Shown here piece by piece: positions 30,618 through 41,800 of a DNA stretch of 64,000 bases (position 1 is the stretch's first letter; the number at the start of each line of letters is the position of its first letter). Where the stretch lies: assembly GCA_032718475.1 (NCBI GenBank), contig JAUCBJ010001176.1:55830-119829 (forward strand), read 5' to 3'. This DNA is from Nemertoderma westbladi. Lineage: Eukaryota > Animalia > Xenacoelomorpha. The position numbers and the translations under genes are program-made. The notes below the pieces were generated by a model that did not search any database, was not told the origin of the DNA, and saw only the letters and a list, made by a program, of their open reading frames with translations.

Positions 30618-33188
30618 ATGGCTCACTATCATAGCTTTCGAAGAACAAATAGTCTTACTCAGAGCCTGTCTAGTACCATGACTCGCGTGCTTGGAATTGA
30701 TAGCGAGTCGAAAGAGGAGCAACTAATAGAGAAATTTGGCAAGGTGGATGAACTTACCACCATTGCTCAGTGCTTGACACGTACATACGAAGATCTCATT
30801 CGTCCTTTGGAGGGTTACTATAGTTACGACTTTTTCCATTCGACCTCTCTTAGCCAGTCGAACTTTACATCGAAGCCAATGATTCTAGTGGTGGGACAAT
30901 CTTCTGCTGGGAAGACTAGCTTTCTAGAGCATCTGTTGGGGTGCAAGATCCCGTACTCGCGTATAGCTAAAGAGGCGAGCACTGATAAGTTCCAGGTGAT
31001 AGAGTGGGGGGACCGTGTCAGCGACACACTCGGGAACATGTTGTCGGAAGACGATAAACGCCAGTTCCAGGGTTTGAGTTCATTTGGCATAAGTTTCCTT
31101 GACAATCTGCACCTTACTCTGATTAAGAATAGGGTTCTGGAATCAGTCACGGTGATAGATACTCCTGGTATCATTGCAGGCACCCCCCCAACTGAGTACA
31201 ACTATAACGCCGTTTTGTCATGGTTTGCTGATCGGGTTGACAGGATTATACTTCTCCTCGATCCGTACAAACACGCTATCTCCCAAGAATTCCACGAAGC
31301 TTTAGTGGCCTTGCTCGCAAACAGTAAAAAGATCCGTATAGTCGTGAACAAAGCACATCTGCTTTCCCATGAGGACCTTATAAGGGTCTACGGTACAATT
31401 TTGTGGTCATTAAAGTCAGTGTTGAATAATCATGAGGTTCCAAGGATATATGTTGGCTCGTTCACAACAGGTCGCCACTCTGTGGACACGCACAGGGAGC
31501 ACCTCATCGAAAAAGAGCATGCCGAATTGTTCGATGACCTTCGGTCTTTACCCAGAGATGCAGTGAAACGGAATATCGAGGCCCTCATTAAACGCAATAC
31601 CTCCGCCACGATTCATGGATACATTATTAGCCATCTCAGACAGCGGATGGCTATGGCTAACACTTTGACAAGCGGCGCATCCAGACAGACAACAAAACTC
31701 ATAGACGATTTAGATAAGGTCTTCAAGGATATCGGGAAAAGCATAAAAAGACCAGATACAGACTTTCCGGACGTAAAAGAGATGAAGATAAAGCTGAGGG
31801 CGTTTACTGACTTTACTGAATTTCATAGATATAAAAAATCGTTATTTCCCGCCCGAATGTCTGATGTTTTCGGCAAATTGGTGTCAATGGCCAATGACAA
31901 AGCGAACCCCCACGAACAAATGCTGATACGGGGTTCGGTTTTTGACGCAGCAGAGTGTCCGAGATCAAATGTGGAATTTTGGGATGAGTCATGGTCGGAA
32001 GGAGATGGCGAGGAGGGATGGGTCGTCGACAAGTATATGTTCATCTATAAACCGTTGTTTGAGAGTTTGGGTGACCTCGATCATGACAAACGGGCCCCGA
32101 TTAAGCCAACCCAGGCGATATTGAGGTCGTCGGGTCTGAGGAATGAAGACATCGCTAGGGTGTTGGAGTTGGTAAACTGCCGTAAAAAAAGGAAACTCAA
32201 TCTACAAGAGTTCGCGTTGGCTCTATATCTGATACAGAATGTAAAGATGAGGGAGGGTTGCGCACTTCCCAAAACATTACCACCGCATTTAGTACCCCCA
32301 AAACGCCATACGAGACGGCGGTCGAGTGTAGCTGGATCAGTCTCATCGGTAAATAAACAATTCGTCTCAACTAGAAGGAGGAGTCTGGCCAGTGTATCGA
32401 ATAACAGTTCTAGAAATGTCTCGGATTTTGATAGAGATGTGTTACAACCCTCACCGCAACCCAGCCTTGGTCAACTTACTTCTCAAATCCAAGAGCTGTA
32501 TATAGGAAGGAACTCAGGTGATGAAACACCTGATTATGTCACCACCTCGTCCACCCATAGCCGGGTATCCCGGCAGCAAACCTCCCACCACCGGACAAAC
32601 CAAGAACACTCCACCCCCCGATGGGAACATCCTGAGGGTGTAGACAGCTCAGTATACAATCCATCCTCCATCCACCGCCAGGATCATACTCAGAGTGTAG
32701 ACAGCTCAGTATACAATCCATCCTCCATCCACCGCCAGGATCATACTCAGAGTGTAGACAGCTCAGTATACAATCCACCCTCCATCCACCGCCAGGATCA
32801 TACTCAGGGTGTAGACAGCTCGGTATACAATCCACCCTCCATCCACCACCAGGATCATACTCAGGGTGTATACAGCTCGGTATACAATCCACCCTCCATC
32901 CACCACCAGGATCATACTCAGGGTGTAGACAGCTCGATATACAATCCACCCTCCATCCACCGCCAGCTATCCGCCGGAGATGTAGACAGCCCCAAAATGC
33001 AGCCATACGATCCACAGTACGCCCAGCCGTACATAGAAGGGGGCCAACGCGCCGTATCTGAGTCAGGCCGAGTGAAAGCTAGGATGGGAAGACGGAGTAC
33101 CATAGCAGGTATTGATCCCAAACACGCTTACAGCCTCAGTCAGAGGGCAAAACAGCACACAAAATACCCAAAAGGTCCGGAGTCGTAA
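30618..33188 (+). CDS. Intronless EHD-family (EH-domain dynamin-like ATPase) protein with Ser/Pro-rich repeat tail
   Basis: KPMILVVGQSSAGKTSF (P-loop), IDTPGI, WFADRVDRIILLLD, IRIVVNKA, RVYGTILWSL, EVPRIYVGSF, and an EH-like domain (LNLQEFALALYLI...LPKTLPPHLVPP). AATAAA at ~33283. Confidence 0.92.
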   Translation: MAHYHSFRRTNSLTQSLSSTMTRVLGIDSESKEEQLIEKFGKVDELTTIAQCLTRTYEDLIRPLEGYYSYDFFHSTSLSQSNFTSKPMILVVGQSSAGKTSFLEHLLGCKIPYSRIAKEASTDKFQVIEWGDRVSDTLGNMLSEDDKRQFQGLSSFGISFLDNLHLTLIKNRVLESVTVIDTPGIIAGTPPTEYNYNAVLSWFADRVDRIILLLDPYKHAISQEFHEALVALLANSKKIRIVVNKAHLLSHEDLIRVYGTILWSLKSVLNNHEVPRIYVGSFTTGRHSVDTHREHLIEKEHAELFDDLRSLPRDAVKRNIEALIKRNTSATIHGYIISHLRQRMAMANTLTSGASRQTTKLIDDLDKVFKDIGKSIKRPDTDFPDVKEMKIKLRAFTDFTEFHRYKKSLFPARMSDVFGKLVSMANDKANPHEQMLIRGSVFDAAECPRSNVEFWDESWSEGDGEEGWVVDKYMFIYKPLFESLGDLDHDKRAPIKPTQAILRSSGLRNEDIARVLELVNCRKKRKLNLQEFALALYLIQNVKMREGCALPKTLPPHLVPPKRHTRRRSSVAGSVSSVNKQFVSTRRRSLASVSNNSSRNVSDFDRDVLQPSPQPSLGQLTSQIQELYIGRNSGDETPDYVTTSSTHSRVSRQQTSHHRTNQEHSTPRWEHPEGVDSSVYNPSSIHRQDHTQSVDSSVYNPSSIHRQDHTQSVDSSVYNPPSIHRQDHTQGVDSSVYNPPSIHHQDHTQGVYSSVYNPPSIHHQDHTQGVDSSIYNPPSIHRQLSAGDVDSPKMQPYDPQYAQPYIEGGQRAVSESGRVKARMGRRSTIAGIDPKHAYSLSQRAKQHTKYPKGPES

Positions 33189-33409
33189 TGATTTTTAAAT
33201 ACTTTCGTAAAATTCTTTACATGAAACAGTTTTTTTTACATCCATCCATGTAGTGAGAAATTTCTGCCATTTTACTAATTGAAATAAAGCAATTTAAAAT
33301 TCATCTAACATGTTTTAACTATTCTGGTGTCAGCTTGTCCTTTGTTTTATATTATCCAAATTACATTCTTCCCATTACTATGTATAACGGTATCTAATTG
33401 TTTGTCATG

Positions 33410-33557
33410 TAATTTTATTCAGAAATAGGGAAAATGAGGAAGCACGTCACCGGGGGGATGAACCGGGGATTAGGCCTCAGTATCGCTAACCAGTTCAGCC
33501 ACTTTCGATTTGATGAGGCCCAATAATCTGAATCGTATGTATAACACTGGTTCGACC
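33410..33557. mobile_element. Two decayed copies of the tRNA-hammerhead element (minus 33410-33503, plus 33508-33557)
   Basis: The minus copy reads AAGTGGCTGAACTGGTTAGCGATACTGA...GGTTCATCCCCCCGGTGACGTGCTTCCTCATTTT. The plus copy reads TTGATGA GGCCC...GAATCGTATGTATA...CTGGTTCGACC. Confidence 0.7.
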
Positions 33558-33656
33558 TTCAGAGGCTTTAGTTTCCTGTTTTATTTCAGCTAGAGTTCCG
33601 TATAGCACAACACTTTTTAAACCTCAGTCATTGTTATAATGGTAAAACTTTGAGTT

Positions 33657-34444
33657 CTCACCGTGGTTGTTACCATGAAGCCGGAATTTTCGATTTCGCC
33701 TTTAAATTTTTTTAATACGCGTTTTAAAAAAGTGTCTTTTGCGAAATCGCACCCTCTGTATCATTGCCATTCTTCGCTTTAGTCGTATTTTTTTTCACAT
33801 CAATAGAAAGCTTGCGTTGCAAGGATTCCAAATATGTAACAATGTCTGAATTTCGTTGAGAAACAGCTGAGATATAGGCGTTCAAAGATTGCAAGAATTA
33901 TTATTCGCTGAAGGCCATTTATTCTATTTAATAAATACACAATATTATGGAACAATTTGTTTATGTTTATTAGCTACGCAATATAGATATTGTATAGGAA
34001 TACCGCTGTTGCCTACCAACTCATAAAATAAATAACACGTTCTAGAATTTTGTGTATTTATTAAATAGAATAAATGGCCTTCAGCGGACAATAATTCTTG
34101 CAATCTTTGAATGCCTATATCTCAGCTGTTTCTCAATGAAATTCAGATATTGTTACATATTTGGAATCCTTGCAACGCAAGCTTTCTAATGATATGAAAA
34201 AATTACGACTAAAGTGAAGAATGGCAATGATACAGAGGGTGCGATTTCGCAAAAGACACTTTTTTAAAACGCTTATAAATAAAATTTAAAGGCGAAATCG
34301 AAAATTCCGGCTTCATGGTAACAACCACGGTGAGTTGAACTAGTTGTGTTTCAAATTTCAAGCAATATGATAAAGATTTGTGGAAAAATATGGGGGGGGG
34401 GGTCCGTGTCATCAGAAAATGACACAATATTACGGGTCATGGTG
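33657..34444. mobile_element. Second, left-truncated copy of the long foldback MITE
   Basis: Closely matches 3006-3793 and ends ACGGGTCATGGTG-TA. Confidence 0.88.
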
Positions 34445-35812
34445 TATATATGATAGGGCATTTAATCTTCAATTAAATTTATGTGGAATAATTTATGCGT
34501 CATGGTAGCTAGAAATCTTATTTTGAATGATGATGGAAATTGTCGAAATAAAAGGGATCACTAAAAAACAATTTTGTAATTTTATGAACACTAGCCACCT
34601 TAAAAACACTAGCTCCATAATAAAAAAGAATAGCTAACGTCTCTCAGGTTAAATTATGTTCTAGAACAAAGGTTTTTAGGTGAGTTTCAAAAATTTCAAA
34701 ATTGGGGTGATCCATATCGAATAAGTGCCGAACCGTTACAACCGTTATAAGAGCCGAATACGGAACCGTTACTTTATTTTCAATTTCTGAACAAAATCAC
34801 ATTTAATATATTATTTATTACAGTTGTATTATCAGATCAAACAAGGTGTTCTAGAACTACAAGGCCATGCAGCCGTGCGGGACTGGAGGCAAACCATTTT
34901 TTGTAATATTTCATATTTTATAATCAATAAATTTACAAATACTATAAGAAATTTCAGAAAATTATATTCTTGAAATATAATTTAATTAAAAAAAATTCAA
35001 TTAAACTAATTATTGCGTTTTACGAGTTTTGGATTGGATAAATATTTAAATTCCTGCTTTTTTGAAGATTGATTCGATATTATCTTTGTTTCTCCGCAAA
35101 TGCGGACATTAAAGTCTTTATTGTCCTCAAACTTGGGGACATTAAAGGGGATATTTTAAAGAAAGTATAATTAAAGTATAAGTAGAAGTAGAGTAGAAGT
35201 AGTATATTAAAGTAGAAGTATAATTAAATTAAATTCAAGCCAAGAATTATCAGAAAGGTAATAATCACATAGGTACAATGGAACTATCGACTTCTGGAAC
35301 GCGTCATTAGTAATCTCCATTCCTCTGGTGTGAGATGCTTAAATGGACCAAAATTTAATTAATATTCTTAATCATCTGTTAAGCATTAGAAACCCAGATA
35401 AGTTGACGTAATGTTTAAAATGACGACGTCTATTGTGTTAAAAGGAATATTCTTCGTTTACTTGAATATAATTAATTACTGAAGATATAATAAAATTTCT
35501 TTTGAAAATAAATAAATTAACTACACCTGATAAACTATTTACAAATATATATACACAATTTATTTTCACACATCTTTATAAAAATGGTAGTAGAAAAATG
35601 TTGTAAAGTAGCAAATATATGGAACATAAATATAATAGTAAGGCTGGCACCAAAGATTCAGTTTGATAGTTTCTTTGAATTCCTTCAAAATGGAATCCCA
35701 AATTATACAAAATGTTACTTGATAACATTTAAAGTTTCGCGATCGTCTGTATGACCTTTGTTTGACCTTGAGCTAATTATTCCGCTATATGCATCACGTG
35801 ACTTTAACAGTG

Positions 35813-38800
35813 TCACGTGAGTTCCTCTAGGAAGTTACTGGGAACGAGGCCGGTACGGGTCCCCAAGGTCGCGTGTAGGTAGCCGTCTGGTCGGGCCGCC
35901 CCGAACACGCTGAGAGTGTCCCCGTGACTGAAGCCTAACTCCAGGGAGGGGTACTGATTGGGTGAGTCGGAGCCAGGTTCGTAGTCGTACAGGGCGCGAA
36001 ACTATGGAAAGGGAAAGTTAGGCAGTAACTATATTATATGTAGGACATAGCGCGGAAATATATAGAAAGGGAAAGTTAGGCAGTAAATAAAATACATGTT
36101 GGACAGAGCGCGGAAATATATAGAAAGGGAAAGTTAGGCAGTAAATAAAATACATGTTGGACAGAGCGCGGAAATATATAGAAAGGGAAAGTTAGGCAGT
36201 AAATAAAATATATGTAGGACAATGCGCGGAAATATATAGAAAGGGAAAGTTAGGTAGTAAATAAAATATATGTAGGACAGAGCGCGGAAATATATAGAAA
36301 GGGAAAGTTAGGCAGTAACTATAATATATGTAGGATAGAGTGCGGAAATATATAGAAAGGGAAAGTTAGGCAGTAACTATAATATATGTAGGATAGAGTG
36401 CGGAAATATATAGAAAGGGAAAGTTAGGCAGTAACTATAATATATGTAGGATAGAGTGCGGAAATATATAGAAAGGGAAAGTTAGGCAGTAACTATAATA
36501 TATGTAGGACAGAGCGCGGAAATATATAGAAAGGGAAAGTTAGGCAGTAACTATAATATATGTAGGACAGAGCGCGGAAATATATAGAAAGGGAAAGTTA
36601 GGCAGTAACTATAATATATGTAGGATAGAGTGCGGAAATATATAGAAAGGGAAAGTTAGGCAGTAACTATAATATATGTAGGATAGAGTGCGGAAATATA
36701 TAGAAAGGGAAAGTTAGGCAGTAACTATAATATATGTAGGATAGAGTGCGGAAATATATAGAAAGGGAAAGTTAGGCAGTAACTATAATATATGTAGGAC
36801 AGAGCGCGGAAATATATAGAAAGGGAAAGTTAGGCAGTAAATGTAGCATTGGATGGGTGTAAACGATACGCCGACAACCGACTGCCGACAACGACAAATC
36901 TGTAACCTCTTACCATGATTATCGTTTATTGTTTTGGTTGTCGGTTGTCGGCCTAGCGTTTACATCCGCATGGGATTATTACTGGCAATAAGTAATAAAT
37001 AAACGTAACCACATGTTGTCAAGATAAATATACCTGTCTCGGTGGGGCAACGACCTCCAGTGACCTGCTCCCTAGGTTATCGTCCTGCGTTACCATGGGT
37101 ACGTCGTTAGGTTGATACCGTCGCTTAGGAGACGGCGACCTATCATGGCTTTCTTCGCCAGTGTAAACCAACACCGCCAGCTGGAAATCGCAACATAAGT
37201 GAATCGAGATGAAAGAAAATAAATTATTTATGTAAATTATATATATTATAAATAATATAGTTAATTAATAATTATTATAAATCGAGTTAATTAATCATTA
37301 TAAATAGAATAAAGTAATAATTGTTGATATATATAATAATAGTTAACAAACAAACCTCAGATACACTATCCCCGACTCCAACTGTACGAACTCCCAATCT
37401 CTGCACGCAATCCAGATCAATATTCTCTACCAAAGCCTTCGCTCTAAACAAACAATATAATTTATTTAATGAGACACACTAAATTTTACTAAATCACTTG
37501 GCAACAAGTACAATATGTATTTTTCATCCAAACATTACAGTTTTTGATCCTCTTTATATTCAGAGAAAACCCGTAGTTTCAATAATAATACTTCCTCTTA
37601 CATGGAAAATATTATCAAAGAAGATCACAAAAACAATGTATTTATAAAAACTCCGGTGCTAAATGTAATCCTAGTTTATTATCTGCCTAACTCTCCCTTA
37701 TTCACTGACCTATGGGCGCTATCCACCACTGTATGCACTGCCTAACTCTCCCTTATTCACTGACCTATGGGCGCTATCCACCACTGTATGCACTGCCTAA
37801 CTCTCCCTTATTCACTGACCTATGGGCGCTATCCACCACTGTATGCACTGCCTAACTCTCCCTTATTCACTGACCTATGGGCGCTATCCACCACTGTATG
37901 CACTGCCTAACTCTCCCTTATTCACTGACCTATGGGCGCTATCCACCACTGTATGCACTGCCTAACTCTCCCTTATTCACTGACCTATGGGCGCTATCCA
38001 CCACTGTATGCACTGCCTAACTCTCCCTTATTCACTGACCTATGGGCGCTATCCACCACTGTATGCACTGCCTAACTCTCCCTTATTCACTGACCTATGG
38101 GCGCTATCCACCACTGTATGCACCGCCCCATCAACTGTTATCTCGTAACCCTGGACAACCACACCGTTCGATTTGCAGTCCACGTCTAGATCTGGCGGTT
38201 GCCATGTCAACAAGATTCCTCTCCCGGTAACTATGTGCTGTACAGTTAACTTTGTTGGACCTGCGATAAATACAGATTAAATATTAGCGATACAATTGGT
38301 TGAATCCGAACCTAATTCAATAACAACAACTATATTATCTATTAATTAATTTATTTAACTCAGTAATAAATTAATTTCTTACCGGCAGGTTTAATTCCAC
38401 TAGAATCGCCATGACGACCAGATGGTTTCAGTGGTTGGCCGGGTCGCGGAATTCTGCAATTCAATATATCAAAGGCAGATGGGGCTGGATTAGTCCCATC
38501 CAACCTGGATATAAAATAAGTCGTATATTAATAACGTCAATAAAAATTATTATTTTGTTTATAATCAATATGAAGTAACAATAAAGAGTAGAGTAGGCCA
38601 TATACGGTGAGGAAGATAAGATATTATTCGCGTCACTAACTAACTGTACAATCATTCATTATGTAACTCAAACACTCACCTGGCTATAATTGGCTTGTGG
38701 TTACTGGTTTCGTACCCCGAACTCGCAGCCGAATATTGGCTATCGCCAACCCGAATTGGGGTGGATGGGGTGGAGCGACCACTACTCTTTCGGAACTGCG

Positions 38801-41800
38801 GGGAACTCCATCTACGTAAACAAATGTACTTTTACTAAATTCTAGAAACTTCCATTCTAAATAGTTGGAATACAGAACTCCATCGAATAATATTATTTAT
38901 TTATATCGCGCCTTTATTAGTAATTACTATATAGGCCTACGTACATTGTTCTAGGAGCTCACCAATCATGTTAAAGGACTTACAATGAATCGTATTATAT
39001 AAAATGAAATAAAGTTAATCGTCTATCATCCAAGGGAAATACGGAACTTTATAGTTCTTTAGTAACTTTAGTACATTTTTCACATTGATACATACTGTAT
39101 TATATTCAGTATAGTGAGTTAATACATTATTTGTAACAATTCATATATGACTTGTATTTAAATAAATAGGCCATAAATAATAAGATAATATTAAACTCAC
39201 CTAAACTGGGTTGTTGCTGATCTTTCGCTGCCGCTTTCTACGCCAGATATTCTGCGAGTTGGGCTGACAGACCGGGACCTCACAGAGGCCTCGCTGCCCC
39301 CGTCATTACGTTCTATTAGTACGTCGGCTATATGTGGGTATCTGTAATGGAATCAGTAGGATATAGGATACACAACACCCCATAAATGTTATTTAGGTGA
39401 TAGAATTCCCGCATAATATAAAATACCTAAATATGTAATATAAACAGTAAACCACCTCCCCTACCCTACCTGTGTTTAACTTCCCCCAGTAGGGAGTCGG
39501 GTATGCTATACTGCTTGTAGTGGCACTGTAGTCGTTCCAACCAGGCGTGCTCCTGGGCTGCTGTCCGGCCGGTGTCCGGTAAGTCGGACAGCACTGCGGA
39601 CAGCCGTTCGTCCAACCTGAGGATCTCGCTTGTGTTCATTTGCCTCACCGGATCGTGATGATGCTGGTGGTGCATTAGTTTCTCGAAGTGTCTGTTAGTG
39701 CGGGACTGCTTGTCTTGGATATTGGCGTCGAAACGGGACATTCTGTTAATCAATAAAAATTATGATATCGATTGTTGGCTAACCGCAGTAGTTTTACAGC
39801 CCTTACCTGTAAGTTGCGGGGAGACAAAGAAAAACAAATGGAAATAACAAAAAGGCAAAAGAAGGACAATGATAAGAAAATAAACATTAAACAATTCCCC
39901 ACACTCCAATCTGTCCTTTACATATTCGGTATAATTTCACTTTATGTCGTTGTTGTATTTACCTTGTAGGTGACTGTGCGATGTGCTGACTTGTATTTAC
40001 CTTGTAGGTGACTGTACGATGTGCTGACTTGTATTTACCTTGTAGGTGACTGTGCGATGTGCTGACTTGTATTTACCTTGTAGGTGACTGTGCGATGTGC
40101 TGACTTGTATTTACCTTGTAGGTGACTGTGCGATGTGCTGACTTGTATTTACCTTGTAGGTGACTGTGCGATGTGCTGACTTGTATTTACCTTGTAGGTG
40201 ACTGTGCGATGTGCTGACTTGTAGACGAGACTTTGGCATGCGGTGACTTTGCTATCCTCCTGTATCTCTCCTTATACTGCTGGGATTGTAGACGCTCCAT
40301 TTGCAGTTGGTTCGCTGTTTCTTCCAAAGTCTAAATCGGAACACAATCGGAACATTTAGGTGGAACATAATTTATAAGAGAAACATAAATAAGAATTTAA
40401 ATAAATTTAAATAAGAATAATAAAATCATTACAATATAAAATCCTTCAAAACTTATAAGTAGACTTATTGTGCAATATAATTTGAACTTAAATTAATAAA
40501 TATAATACGGCGAAACTGAATTTATGTTAGGTTTTACACTAATTCAATGACAAAGAAATTTATATTTAACATAATCAAAATATTTCGCCACATCACCTTG
40601 CACACAAGTCTCAGACTGGGCACTGCCATCACAGCAGCGAGCAACCTTAAAAACCTCGAATTGTTACTGCACTCTGGGACCAACAAACCAGGAGGCCAAA
40701 CAATTACCTTCACTGGATTCTCCAGGGTACCAGCCTAGATAATGTTAGATGTTTGGTTGTTTATCAGAGGTGATGCAGAACAATGTTTCGAAGTGTGTCG
40801 GCGATGCGTCTTAAAGAAGCCCTATTATCTTATATGTCCATCTGTGTATGTTTGGGGTTGATGTGTGGTGCACTATGATCTTATATGTCCATCTGTGTAT
40901 ATTTGGGGTTGATGTGTGGTGCACTATGATCTTATATGTCCATCTGTGTATGTTTGGGGTTGATGTGTGGTGCACTATGATCTTATATGTCCATCTGTGT
41001 ATGTTTGGGGTTGATGTGTGGTGCACTATGATCTTATATGTCCATCTGTGTATGTTTGGGGTTGATGTGTGGGGGAGAGTGGTGTTGTAGGCGCAAAATT
41101 ATTTTGACCAACCTTTGCTTTCTTGCGGCAGTGCCGTTTAGACCTCTCCAACTCCTTGGCTATTTGTTCTGCTTCTAACGCTCTCACGTGCAACTCGTCG
41201 CGAAGTTTCTCGATCACCAAATCCCGATTAACAATGTCCGTTGCGGCCATGATGGTTCGGGGTGTTCTAGAAAGTAAAATAAGTGGTAATTGCAGATTTT
41301 TTCTAAATATCTGGTTATAAACGACTCGTTGTCTGGTCTGATCTGTTTTTCTACGACAGCACCAGCAAGACTCAATCGCCGTTCAAGAATGGAAGAATGG
41401 CGGGTTTTGGTTTGGCAATAAGGTAAATTGCAATGCAAATTTTGTTTAGGTTATGATTATTCAGCCACAAATGCTGGTGAAACTAAATTCGGTAACTGTG
41501 AAATCTGGGCGAGGAACATATGAATGAGTCGAGCAAAGAATGAACTTGTTTTGACCAAACAAAAATATATTACTATGAAAATCTGCCATGACCTAAATAT
41601 ATTCCACACAATCCCACGTTGTCTTATGATAAGGTGTCGGTAATGTGACTTTTTTTAACATGAACTGTTGTGTTCTTTCTCGGGGCCATCCATTTGCAAC
41701 CAAATGCAACAATTTGTAACACATAATTATTGATTTATCAGACACACACCTTGGACTGGAGATCGAACACCTTGGACTGGAGATCGAATGTTTCTTTATA

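Noticed and set aside
34950-35350. Possible decayed LINE 3' fragment on the minus strand
   Set aside because: Only faint motif resemblance with many stops; cannot be supported without a search.
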